From: Ignavibacteriales bacterium
GTDB lineage: Bacteria > Bacteroidota > Ignavibacteria > UBA10030 > BY39
Reading direction: 5' to 3'
Assembly (NCBI GenBank): GCA_037443685.1
Contig: JBBINX010000007.1
Location: 1 to 54,813 of the forward strand
Length of the DNA: 54,813 bases
Shown here one piece after another: positions 1 through 9,763 of the stretch; position 1 is the first letter of the stretch; each line of letters opens with the position of its first letter. Below the pieces are notes generated by a model. The model had not been told where the DNA came from. It saw nothing but the letters and a program-made list of their open reading frames with translations, and searched no databases. The position numbers were made by a program, and so were the translations under genes.

Positions 1-2705
1 TAAATACTATTACTTTTCTTTCACGCGAGGAGGGAGTGGCAAAATATGAAAAGACGACGCTTAATATTTCGGACAAAGGGACGTTTAAGTTCTCAATTCC
101 CAACATAAAATCGACAACTCATTATTACGTTTCTTCCGGAGATGCGAGCAGTCCCGTTTATAAAATTTCAGTTCTCGAACGTCCTATCATTCGCTCTCTT
201 CAATTAAGTTTGAATTATCCCGCTTATACCCGAATTCCCCCCAAAATTTTAGAGGAGAATATTGGCGATGTAACAGCTTTACCGGGGACTCGAATTGCTT
301 TTAACATAATATCCAGTAAAAAATTATCATTGGCTGAACTGCACTACAATGATGGCGGCGTTACTAAGCTTATACTGTCCGATGCTGAAGCAAAAGGTAG
401 TTTGGTTTTATTAAAAGAAAAAAAATATACCATACTTCTTAAAGACGAATCCGGTCTAACTAATATTGAACCTGTAGAATATCAACTTAAATTAATCCAG
501 GATGAATTTCCGACTGCCTCAATAATTCTTCCCGGTAAAAGTGTAGATATAACCGAAAATTTAAAACTTCCCCTACTAACTCGTATCAGAGACGATTTCG
601 GATTTACACATTTACGACTTGCACATCGACTTACACAATCGCGATACGAAAAACCAGCGGAAGAATTTTCTTTTGTTGAAATCGCCCTCACATTAAAAGA
701 TCAAGTTACGCAGGAGGTGTGGTACGAATGGAATTTGAGTGGACTCAACCTCGTTCCCGAAGATGTTTTAACGTATTATATCGAGGTATTTGATAACGAC
801 AATGTGAGCGGACCAAAATCGGGAAGGAGTGAAACGTACTTAGTGCGACTTCCATCGTTAGACGAAGTATTTGCAGACGTTGCGCAAAGTCAGCAACAAA
901 CTTTAGAAACGATGCAAACAATGGCAAAAGAAGCCGAAAAGATGAAGAAAGAGTTAGATGAACTTCAGCGCGAAGTAAAGAAGAACCCGCAAAAAATGGA
1001 TTGGCAGCAGCAAAAAAAAGCAGAAGAACTCACGACGAAGTACAATGAGATGAGAAAGAAAGTAAGCGAAACTGCTCAAAAAATGGAAGAAATGATACAG
1101 AAGATGGATGAGAATAAATTGCTTTCGAATCAAACTATGGAAAAATTCCAAGAGATGCAGAAACTTATGGATCAGATTAACAATCCTGAGCTACAGCAAG
1201 CTATGAAAAAACTTCAAGAGTCGATGAAGCAGATGACACCCGAACAGATGAAACAAGCAATGCAGCAGATGCAATTGTCGGAGGAACAATTCAGAAAAAA
1301 CTTGGAGAGGATGATCGAGCTGCTGAAACGTATCGCCATCGAACAAAAGATAGATGAGTTGATAAAACGAACCGAAGAGTTAATTAAGCAGCAGCAGGAA
1401 CTTCAAAACCAAACGGCGAGAACAAATCCGAAGGATGAGCAGAAGTTATCAGATTTAGCCCGCCAGCAAGAAGACATGCAAAAGCAGATTGACAAGTTAG
1501 AGCAGGAGGCAAAAAGTTTGAAGGAAAAGATGGAAGAATTTCCGGAAGACATGCCAACCGAAAAGATGGATAAAGCTCAAAAAGATTTGGCAAACAAAAA
1601 ATTACAGCAGAAAGCTAAAAAGTCGGCGCAGCAAATGAAGTCGGGCGAAATGAAGCAGAGCGACCAGACCCAACAAGAAATGCAAGAAGATTTGGAAGAC
1701 TTTATGTCGCAAATGCAGGACGTAAAGGAGTCGCTGCAGGAACAGATGCAGAAAGAAGTGTTGAATAAAATGCGCAAAGCTGTGCAAGACCTGCTTGAGT
1801 TATCGAAGAAACAAGAAGCATTGAAGCAGGAAACTCAAAAACTCGATCCGAATTCTCAGCGTTTCAGAGAAAACGCACAACAGCAAATGGATATGATGGG
1901 CGATTTAAACAATGTTGCTAACTCGATGGGCGAGATTTCTAAAAAATCATTCGCAATCAGTCCCGATATGGGGAAAGAAATCGGCAATGCAATGAAGCAA
2001 ATGGCGCAATCGTTACAGAATATGGAACAACGGAATCCACCTGCCGCATCGCAGAAGCAGAGCGAGGCGATGGGTTCGTGCAACCGCGCTGCGATGATGA
2101 TGCAGGGTGCTATCAACTCAATGAAACAGGGTGGAGGTAAAGGAATGGGCATGGCGGGTTTGATGCAGCGACTCGGACAAATGTCTGGTATGCAGATGGG
2201 AATTAACCAACAAACCGGACAAGCTATGGGGCAGGGACAAGGATTAACGCAACAACAGATGGCGGAATATGGGCGTATTGCAGGACAGCAGGGTGCTGCA
2301 AGAAAAGCTTTAGAGCAATTAATCGAGGAAGCAAAGAATGCTGGTGAGTTGAGTAAGTTATTAGGCGACCTCGAACGTATTGCGAAAGATATGCTCGAAG
2401 TTCAAACCGATTTAGAGCAAAGTAATGTAAATCCTGAAACTATTAAGAAACAAGAAAAAATATTATCGAGGATGCTCGATTCTCAACGCTCGATGAGAGA
2501 AAGAGATTTCGAGAAACGCCGTCGTGCGGAGGTTGGTAAAGATTATAAGTATCCAAGTCCTGCAGATATCGACTTGACCTCGCAAGACGGAAGAAATAAA
2601 CTCCGCGAAGAATTGCTGAAAATGTTAGAAGAAAAATACTCTAAGGACTATGAAGATTTGATAAGGAAGTATTTTGAAGCGCTGGAAAAAGAGAAGTTAG
2701 AATAG
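1..2705 (+). CDS. DUF4175-like large coiled-coil protein (5' truncated by window edge)
   Basis: Frame is open from the window start. Ig-like 'YPAY..' and 'DDFG..L' segments and 'DND.VSGPK' precede a very long Q/M/E/K-rich coiled coil ending 'YEDLIRKYFEAL', typical of this family. Confidence 0.7.
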   Translation, partial: NTITFLSREEGVAKYEKTTLNISDKGTFKFSIPNIKSTTHYYVSSGDASSPVYKISVLERPIIRSLQLSLNYPAYTRIPPKILEENIGDVTALPGTRIAFNIISSKKLSLAELHYNDGGVTKLILSDAEAKGSLVLLKEKKYTILLKDESGLTNIEPVEYQLKLIQDEFPTASIILPGKSVDITENLKLPLLTRIRDDFGFTHLRLAHRLTQSRYEKPAEEFSFVEIALTLKDQVTQEVWYEWNLSGLNLVPEDVLTYYIEVFDNDNVSGPKSGRSETYLVRLPSLDEVFADVAQSQQQTLETMQTMAKEAEKMKKELDELQREVKKNPQKMDWQQQKKAEELTTKYNEMRKKVSETAQKMEEMIQKMDENKLLSNQTMEKFQEMQKLMDQINNPELQQAMKKLQESMKQMTPEQMKQAMQQMQLSEEQFRKNLERMIELLKRIAIEQKIDELIKRTEELIKQQQELQNQTARTNPKDEQKLSDLARQQEDMQKQIDKLEQEAKSLKEKMEEFPEDMPTEKMDKAQKDLANKKLQQKAKKSAQQMKSGEMKQSDQTQQEMQEDLEDFMSQMQDVKESLQEQMQKEVLNKMRKAVQDLLELSKKQEALKQETQKLDPNSQRFRENAQQQMDMMGDLNNVANSMGEISKKSFAISPDMGKEIGNAMKQMAQSLQNMEQRNPPAASQKQSEAMGSCNRAAMMMQGAINSMKQGGGKGMGMAGLMQRLGQMSGMQMGINQQTGQAMGQGQGLTQQQMAEYGRIAGQQGAARKALEQLIEEAKNAGELSKLLGDLERIAKDMLEVQTDLEQSNVNPETIKKQEKILSRMLDSQRSMRERDFEKRRRAEVGKDYKYPSPADIDLTSQDGRNKLREELLKMLEEKYSKDYEDLIRKYFEALEKEKLE

Positions 2706-2729
2706 AATGAATTAGTAAAAAAATCAAAA

Positions 2730-4388
2730 ATGAAGAACATCCCAAATACTATTTTACTATTTACATTTTTATTAGTTCCACTTCAAAGCTTTTCTCAAGT
2801 CGAAGCTGCAATGTACTATCTAAACTTCCCACGTTCAGTTGCATCTATTGGACTGGGAGAACAGGGCGTTGCATCGCGAAATAATTTGGACGCCTTAAAT
2901 TTTAATCCAGCTAACTTGATATTTGCTAAAAATATACAGGGATCATTTTTCCGGAATCCATTCTACATGTATGGTTGGAATCTGCCATTTACATCTATTA
3001 ATTCTTCTTTTCAAATTCCTGAAATAGGATATTTTGGGGCGGAGTATCTAAATTGGGATTTGGGAAAATTTATTGTCACTTCTTCAGCGAGCCCAGAAAT
3101 TGTAAAAACAATTGAAGCATACGAACGCAGCTTCTCAATCGGTTTCGCTCGGAATATTTCAGATGAGCTTGCGGTTGGAATTCAAGCCAGGTACGCAAAA
3201 ACACGTCTCGCAATTTCATTCGATAAGTTTTTTATTAGCGGTGGTTTAAATTACGCTACTCAAATATTTAATAGACCGTTGGTTTTAGGTTTCTCACTGA
3301 CGAACTTTAGCACAGCAATAGAATTTAAAATTGAAAGTTTCACTAACTCCGACCCACCACCATCTGATATGAAGCTCGGTTTGAGTTTTACTCCAATTGA
3401 AAACCATTTTCATTCAATAAATTTTCAATTTGAATTATCAAAGTATATTGTCGAGCGGGAAGGATTTAAAGGACAATCAGCTTTTAAATCTCTGTTCACA
3501 GATTGGCAGGATTTTCCCGAAGATGTTACGGTTCATACAGGTTTAGCTTTTAGCTGGCAGCCTTTAGACCTTGGCAATAACTTCTCGTTCTTTCAGGAAT
3601 TTTATTTTGGAAACATTTCTTCAGGTCCCAAATCAGGTATTGCTAATTTCTTCACGCACGGCGCTGTTATTGGATTGAAATATAATGGTGTATCTATTTT
3701 AACTGGATATACTGGGTGGTGGCACAATGTTCATTCTACCAATTATTATTTCCCACAAAAACTACCAAGAGAAACTTTTCAGTTTAATATTGGAGTTGAT
3801 CAGGCAATGATTTTCAGCAGTATTGAAAAAACTACGCTTGCTAAAAAATTAGAAAAAATAATTCTATCTACAGGTCCTAATTATACCTTCAGAATCGGTA
3901 GATCAAAAGCAGAGAGTTTTGCTCATTTGGGTTTAAAATTAAAAAACAGCTTGTGTTATTCTATCGAGACAGATTTTTATGTAGATGAAAACAACGCATT
4001 GATTTCAAATTTTTCATATCAATCAGTTCCTATCGATATATCCATCGGGTACTACAACCCTCCTTGGACTTATGCTAGTAATATTGAAACATTTTTGTTC
4101 TCGTCTTTATATCGCTTCCATCCTTTGGAAACATTCCAACCGCTCTTTATTCAAGGTGGTTTAGGAATAATAAGAGCAAACCCTGTCATGTTAACCTATC
4201 CGAAATACGATTACAGAACATATTTAACCGCTGGTGTAGGAGCTTTAGTTGAATTATCGGAAAATATTTATTTGAAACCGGGGCTTAACTTCACATCAAT
4301 TTTTAGCAAGGTTAGCGGAGCGTCACCTCGTTTAGGCGGTTATAACCAGTTTGATGTTACTATTAAGGGGGGGTATAAGATAAAATAA
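2730..4388 (+). CDS. PorV/PorQ-like outer-membrane beta-barrel with an extra C-terminal OMP barrel domain
   Basis: Signal peptide; N-terminal 'YLNFPRSVASIGLGEQGVA...ALNFNPANL' resembles the PorV-family 'FL.I.P.AR..GMG......NPA' motif; alternating aromatic beta-strands. Confidence 0.6.
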   Translation: MKNIPNTILLFTFLLVPLQSFSQVEAAMYYLNFPRSVASIGLGEQGVASRNNLDALNFNPANLIFAKNIQGSFFRNPFYMYGWNLPFTSINSSFQIPEIGYFGAEYLNWDLGKFIVTSSASPEIVKTIEAYERSFSIGFARNISDELAVGIQARYAKTRLAISFDKFFISGGLNYATQIFNRPLVLGFSLTNFSTAIEFKIESFTNSDPPPSDMKLGLSFTPIENHFHSINFQFELSKYIVEREGFKGQSAFKSLFTDWQDFPEDVTVHTGLAFSWQPLDLGNNFSFFQEFYFGNISSGPKSGIANFFTHGAVIGLKYNGVSILTGYTGWWHNVHSTNYYFPQKLPRETFQFNIGVDQAMIFSSIEKTTLAKKLEKIILSTGPNYTFRIGRSKAESFAHLGLKLKNSLCYSIETDFYVDENNALISNFSYQSVPIDISIGYYNPPWTYASNIETFLFSSLYRFHPLETFQPLFIQGGLGIIRANPVMLTYPKYDYRTYLTAGVGALVELSENIYLKPGLNFTSIFSKVSGASPRLGGYNQFDVTIKGGYKIK

Positions 4389-4458
4389 ATTTGAAACTTC
4401 ATTATTCCGACTTACACAGCTCGACTGGAAATTTTGTTTAAAAGGAAATATGATTTTT

Positions 4459-4486
4459 TCTGACATCAGACATCTGATATCTAAAT
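4459..4486. repeat. Degenerate heptamer tandem repeat (TCTGACA-like x4)
   Basis: tctgaca-tcagaca-tctgata-tctaaat between convergent genes. Confidence 0.5.
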
Positions 4487-4505
4487 ATTCCCACAAAGCT
4501 TTCTC

Positions 4506-5396
4506 TTACCTCAAGAATAAAATTGCTACACCAGTAACTGCTACAATAGCTCCAAGTATGGCGCGCACCGATAACTTCTCTTTATAAACAATCCAAACCA
4601 TTGGAAGCATGAGAATAGGTACTGTCGCCATTATTGTTGCTGCAATTCCGACCTTTGTATATTCGATTGCGATGAGACTAAAAGAAATACCAAAGAAAGG
4701 CCCGAGAACCGCTCCTAAAGCAATGAGCATAGAACCTTTTCTATCCTGATAAAAAACACGAACAGGATTCTTATAGCGCTTTGTCATCATCGCGATGGGA
4801 AGAAGGAAGATTAATGATGCAATGATACGAACCTCAGTCGCAACAAACCCGTTTACTCGACCTTCGAGAAATGCTATCTTAGCGAAAATCAGTCCGGCGC
4901 CCTGCCCTATCGCACCAAGTACAGCATAAAAAATACCAGCAGACGTTGGGAGTGTTGTTGCTGAAGATTTTGCGCTTCTTTCAAGAACAACTATACTGAC
5001 TCCTAATACGGTTACTCCTATGCCCAAAATTCCGAAAGTAGAAAGAGTTTCATTCAGAACAAAGTATGCAAGTAACGCAGCGATCGTTGGAGCCAAAGAC
5101 ATTACCAACATACTGTAGCGGGCACCGATTTCCTGAAATGCTTTGAATAAAAAAGTGTCACCTAAAGTTAATCCGATAACACCAGAAATACTCAGATATA
5201 AGATTTGTGTACCTGAGAGATTTACATCGAAACGCACAAAAGCTATAAGGAGAGCAAGATATATCGATGCTAGAATGAGCCGCGTGATGTTTACCTGATA
5301 CGAGCCCAACCTTTTTGTTGCAGCGGCAAACACAATTGAACCACTTGCCCAAAGAAACGCCGTGAAAAGCGCACTTAGTTCACCGAGGAAAGGCAA
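4506..5396 (-). CDS. DMT/EamA family transporter
   Basis: About 10 TM helices in two EamA repeats; TTG start, with only one base between it and the arsM stop. Confidence 0.85.
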   Translation of the reverse strand: MPFLGELSALFTAFLWASGSIVFAAATKRLGSYQVNITRLILASIYLALLIAFVRFDVNLSGTQILYLSISGVIGLTLGDTFLFKAFQEIGARYSMLVMSLAPTIAALLAYFVLNETLSTFGILGIGVTVLGVSIVVLERSAKSSATTLPTSAGIFYAVLGAIGQGAGLIFAKIAFLEGRVNGFVATEVRIIASLIFLLPIAMMTKRYKNPVRVFYQDRKGSMLIALGAVLGPFFGISFSLIAIEYTKVGIAATIMATVPILMLPMVWIVYKEKLSVRAILGAIVAVTGVAILFLR

Positions 5397-5397
5397 C

Positions 5398-6165
5398 TTA
5401 TTTCAACCCCAAAACCGTTATTGAAAAAAGTCCACCACCCGATTCTAACTTGTAGTCGTATTTTTTTTCAGATAAGATGGTAATATTTTTAAACCCGACA
5501 TATTCGATAATACCGATGTATTCTTCCCGGCTAAGAGCGCCGCTAATGCAACCTGCCCAAAGGGCGGCATCGCTGCGTTCTTTTTCGGATATCGCTCCAT
5601 CGACGATAATATCCGATACAATAAATTTTCCATCCGGCTTCAACACACGAAAAATTTCGCTGAATGCTTTCTTCTTATCCGGAACCAGATTTATCACACA
5701 ATTACTGATTACTCTATCGACAGAATTGTTATCTACGGGTAGAGCTTCGATTTCTCCATAGCGAAATTCTACATTCGAGGCATTAACCTTCAACTTATTT
5801 TCATTCGCCTTACGAACCATCTCTTCGGTCATATCAACACCGATAACTTTACCAGAACTTCCGACACCTTTCCAAGCCACAAAGCAATCTATACCGGCTC
5901 CTGATCCTAAATCGAGGACAGTCATTCCTTCTTTTAAATCGGCAAACGCAACGGGTGTTCCACAACCGAGACCGAGGTCGGCACCCTCAGGAATCACCGC
6001 TCTATCGCTATCTTTGTATTGTGTGGACATGTCGAATATCACATTACCGTTAGTATCGCCGCATGAGCAGCAGGACTTTGATGTAGCTTCAATTTGAAAC
6101 TCACCCCTAGCAATCTGCCCGTATTTCTGCTTTACATTTTCTTTTATTTTGTTGTAGGTATCCAT
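5398..6165 (-). CDS. arsM: Arsenite S-adenosylmethyltransferase
   Basis: 'VKQKYG', CC motif, 'LGLGCGTP', SAM motif 'VLDLGSGAGID', 'ISNCVINL.PDK', 'WAGCISGAL'. Confidence 0.85.
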   Translation of the reverse strand: MDTYNKIKENVKQKYGQIARGEFQIEATSKSCCSCGDTNGNVIFDMSTQYKDSDRAVIPEGADLGLGCGTPVAFADLKEGMTVLDLGSGAGIDCFVAWKGVGSSGKVIGVDMTEEMVRKANENKLKVNASNVEFRYGEIEALPVDNNSVDRVISNCVINLVPDKKKAFSEIFRVLKPDGKFIVSDIIVDGAISEKERSDAALWAGCISGALSREEYIGIIEYVGFKNITILSEKKYDYKLESGGGLFSITVLGLK

Positions 6166-6399
6166 GTTTATAACCTACTAAAAATAATGGAAGTATGCAA
6201 AAAAAATGGACTCCAGACATATAGATATGGAAGCGTTTTCAAATCCGATGCGAGCCATTGGAGGATCGTTATTAATATATCGTCATTTCAACGATTTCTA
6301 TTTTAATGAAACATTTTTTACATTAACATGTATTTTTGATATCTTATTAAGGCTGTTAAATGAACATATTAAATCACTAAACAAAACATGGAGGATATA

Positions 6400-7749
6400 A
6401 TGATCCGAATCACCGGAATTCTTTTGCTTGCCTTCGCAGCATTTCTTTTAATTAAAACCAATTGTATAGCTCAAGAATCCAAAATTTTTCCTTACCAAAT
6501 TAATCAAGTAGTAATGGAAAACAGCTTGAAAATTGTCTCGATACCGTTCCCCAGCCCTGGAGTTGTTGCGTATTATACCGTGGTCAGAGCGGGGTCGAGA
6601 AACGAAGTCGAACCCGGATTGTCTGGCTTTGCACATTTCTTCGAGCATATGATGTTTCGCGGAACCGAAAAGTATGATAAAAACAAGTATAACGAAATAC
6701 TAAAAGAGATGGGCGCTGATAATAATGCTTTCACAAGCGACGACGTTACAGTTTATCATACACTCGCTAGCTCTGACGCTTTGGAAACTATCATGGATAT
6801 GGAAGCTGATAGATTCATGAACCTGAAATACAGCGTTGAAGATTTTAAAACTGAAGCGGGAGCAATATTAGGTGAGTACAACAAAAACTACTCAAGCCCT
6901 TTTATGATAATGTATGAAAAACTGAGAGAAGCAGCATACGAAAAACACACTTACAAACACACCACAATGGGATTTTTAAAAGATATACTCGATATGCCAA
7001 ATCAATATGAGTATAGCTTGAAGTTTTTTGATCGTTGGTATCGACCTGAGAATTGCGTAGTTGTTGTCGTTGGTGATTTCGATCAGACAAAATTAATTGA
7101 ACTTGCTAAAAAATATTATTCAAATTGGAAGCGCGGCAGCTATACATTAAACGTTCCACTCGACAAACCGCAGAAAAAAGAAAAGTATATTTACATTCCT
7201 TGGAAAGCTAAGACACTACCCATGCTCTCCATCGGATACCACGGTGCCGCATTCAGCACCACCGATATTGATATGCCGACGTTGGATATAATCTCGCAGC
7301 TTGTTTTCTCGCAGACTTCGCCGCTGTTTAAACAGTTAGTTATTGAGAAACAGTGGGTAGAATTTGTGGAAGGAAGTCAAGGTGATTCGCGCGACCCTGG
7401 TTTATTCACCATCTGGACACGCATAAAAGATGCAAAGAACATCAATGCAGTACGCGAGGCAATATATTCAGCGCTCGACGATATTAAAATCACTCCAGTT
7501 AGTCAAGAAAAATTAGCTACTGTTAAATCAAACCTCAAGTACAGCTTCGCTATGTCGTTAGATAATGCCGATGCTGTCGCGGGGAAAATTAGTCATTACA
7601 TACAGTTGACCGGTGACCCTGAAAGCGTCAACCAGATTTACACGCTCTACGATAAAGTTACCGCCGAGGATGTAATGCGAGTAGCAAGAAAATATTTCAC
7701 TAAAGAAAACAGAACCGTTGTGTTATTAACAGAGGAGGGTTCAAAATGA
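6400..7749 (+). CDS. M16 (insulinase/pitrilysin) zinc peptidase, catalytic subunit
   Basis: Inverted zinc motif HFFEH in 'G.AHFFEHMMFRGT' plus 'NAFTS.D.T.Y'; signal peptide; GGAGG RBS before ATG 6400. Confidence 0.9.
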   Translation: MIRITGILLLAFAAFLLIKTNCIAQESKIFPYQINQVVMENSLKIVSIPFPSPGVVAYYTVVRAGSRNEVEPGLSGFAHFFEHMMFRGTEKYDKNKYNEILKEMGADNNAFTSDDVTVYHTLASSDALETIMDMEADRFMNLKYSVEDFKTEAGAILGEYNKNYSSPFMIMYEKLREAAYEKHTYKHTTMGFLKDILDMPNQYEYSLKFFDRWYRPENCVVVVVGDFDQTKLIELAKKYYSNWKRGSYTLNVPLDKPQKKEKYIYIPWKAKTLPMLSIGYHGAAFSTTDIDMPTLDIISQLVFSQTSPLFKQLVIEKQWVEFVEGSQGDSRDPGLFTIWTRIKDAKNINAVREAIYSALDDIKITPVSQEKLATVKSNLKYSFAMSLDNADAVAGKISHYIQLTGDPESVNQIYTLYDKVTAEDVMRVARKYFTKENRTVVLLTEEGSK

Positions 7750-9248
7750 AAATCTTAAAATTAACATTATCGTTGGTATTATTTGCGGGAATAATTATGA
7801 TGAATATCAATTGCGCTAAAAATATCGAAGTATCCGAATTGTATGCACCAGAATCACCGCTGATTACTATCCGCGCTTGGTTTAATGCAGGGTCGATAAA
7901 CGATACTCCGGGAAAAGAGGGCATTAATGCCCTTACCGCTCTGACGATAGGCGAGGGCGGAACCAAAGAATTAACTTACCAACAAGTTTTAGATAAATTG
8001 TATCCGTGGGCAGCAAGCATTCATCCACAAACAGATAAAGAAGTAACTATCTTCATAGGCGAAGTACACAAAGACCATTTAGATGAATTTTATAAAATAT
8101 TCTCAGATTTGATTTTGAATCCACGATTTGACGAAGCCGATTTCTTGCGGAACAAAGACCTGCTCTTAAACCACCTCGAAAATACTCTCCGCGGCACCGA
8201 CGATGAAAACTTAGGTAAACAAGCGCTGAACACTTTTATGTACGACAACCATCCATATAGACATACCGAAGTAGGTACTATTCAAGGATTGAAGTCGATT
8301 ACTTTGGATGATGTAAAAGAATATTACAAGCGTGTTTATACAAAAGAGAATATGAGAATTGGAATCGCAGGAGGATATCCGAAATCTTTGGTTGATAAGA
8401 TGAAAACTGATTTCGGGAAATTGTCTTCGGGAAAATCCGTTGCAATAAAATTACCCGACCCCGAACCTATAAAAAACATGGAAATTATGTTCGTCGAAAA
8501 ACCAGCCCGCGGCACGGCAATCTCGATGGGCTTCCCGATTTCTTTGACCCGCAAAGATAAAGATTTCTATCCGCTGATGCTTGTGAATTCGTACTTTGGT
8601 GAACACAGAACATTCAACGGTGTGCTGATGAACCGGCTGCGCGGTGATAGAGGTTTAAACTATGGTGATTATTCGTATATAGAGCATTGGGTTCAAGACG
8701 CCGGTTCACGCTTTCAATTGCCCAATACTCCGAGACATCAGCAGTATTTTAGTATCTGGATTCGGCCCGTTCAACCTGAAAATGCACATTTTGCTATTCG
8801 AAATGCAACGTACGAGTTGAAAAAGCTTGTTGATGAAGGTATGACGCAAGAGCAGTTAGATGCGACGAAAAAATTTCTCATTAACTACTCGAAGCTTTGG
8901 GCACAGACTACGAGTCGTCGACTCGGGTATCAGATGGACTCGGAATTTTATGGGAGTGACTTTTTTATAGATCGAATTGAAAAAGAGTTGAAAGCTCTAA
9001 AATTAGCTGACGTAAACAATGTGATCAAAAAATATTTGAATGCTGAAAATATTAAAGTTACAGTGGTTACAAACGACGCCGCTTCACTAAAAGAAGCAAT
9101 GTTTAATAATACACCATCGCCAATAAAATATTCTTCCCCAGTTTCGCAAAAGATTTTAGATGAAGATAAAATTATTGAAGTATTTCCGTTGGCAATAAAT
9201 GTAGAAAAATCGAAAATATTACCGGTGAGCGAACTATTTGAGAAGTAA
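7746..9248 (+). CDS. M16 peptidase non-catalytic partner subunit
   Basis: M16 features ('AGSINDTPGKEG', 'LRGDRGLNYG') without HxxEH; overlaps the upstream stop; possible lipoprotein signal (NINC). Confidence 0.85.
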   Translation: MKILKLTLSLVLFAGIIMMNINCAKNIEVSELYAPESPLITIRAWFNAGSINDTPGKEGINALTALTIGEGGTKELTYQQVLDKLYPWAASIHPQTDKEVTIFIGEVHKDHLDEFYKIFSDLILNPRFDEADFLRNKDLLLNHLENTLRGTDDENLGKQALNTFMYDNHPYRHTEVGTIQGLKSITLDDVKEYYKRVYTKENMRIGIAGGYPKSLVDKMKTDFGKLSSGKSVAIKLPDPEPIKNMEIMFVEKPARGTAISMGFPISLTRKDKDFYPLMLVNSYFGEHRTFNGVLMNRLRGDRGLNYGDYSYIEHWVQDAGSRFQLPNTPRHQQYFSIWIRPVQPENAHFAIRNATYELKKLVDEGMTQEQLDATKKFLINYSKLWAQTTSRRLGYQMDSEFYGSDFFIDRIEKELKALKLADVNNVIKKYLNAENIKVTVVTNDAASLKEAMFNNTPSPIKYSSPVSQKILDEDKIIEVFPLAINVEKSKILPVSELFEK

Positions 9249-9260
9249 GATTAAGTACAA

Positions 9261-9407
9261 GAGACTTCTGAAAAGTTGTATTTAAATACAAAGTAATTCA
9301 GTATCGACAACGCCCGATTCACTTTTCTCTCAAGCATTATCCCTGTGAGTGAGTCGGGCGTTTTTTTTAACTTAGATTATTTCACGCCTGTCTTGAGGCG
9401 AGGTCTC
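9261..9407. mobile_element. Degenerate MITE-like element related to the 38064-38225 element
   Basis: Left end GAGACTTCTGAAAA (9261-9274) is identical to the end at 38064. Right end TTTCA...GAGGTCTC is interrupted by a 15-bp hairpin insert. Confidence 0.4.
9309..9368 (+). terminator. Rho-independent terminator of the M16 operon (long loop)
   Basis: 15-bp stem AACGCCCGATTCACT / AGTGAGTCGGGCGTT, 24-nt loop, T8 tract. Confidence 0.7.
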
Positions 9408-9647
9408 GCGGTTGATTAAAATAGTTCTCTCGTCAATCGATTTCTTCCCGATACAAGTTTGGGACAAGACAAAATTAAACTATAGAACCTGCTTATTTAG
9501 CCGGTTTTCGGTGTCCCGCCTCGCGTTACTTCATAGACGGCAGAACGAATCGAGAAAACCAATTTTTTATCACTCTCGGACAGAGGGCGCCAAGGGCAGG
9601 TTTTGTTCAGGAACGCAGATAGCGCAAAGTAAAATTTAACATTCCGC

Positions 9648-9696
9648 AGCATCGTTCACGATGCTTTGTCGTTAGCATCAGCGTTTACGCTGATGT
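9648..9696. repeat. Two related REP-like palindromes
   Basis: AGCATCGTTCACGATGCT (9648-9665) and CATCAGCGTTTACGCTGATG (9676-9695). Confidence 0.6.
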
Positions 9697-9763
9697 GATG
9701 TTTTTTATGCTCGACTTTTATAAACTGGCGAGGGCGTAGAGGATACAAAAGGTAAAATGTTTA

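Noticed and set aside
880-2300. Repetitive CAG/ATG/GAA-rich DNA in the first gene
   Set aside because: It reflects Q/M/E/K coiled-coil composition, not a DNA repeat array or CRISPR.
9412-9639. 75-aa ORF in the structured intergenic region
   Set aside because: TTG start, no RBS, no recognisable motif; it runs through inverted repeats.
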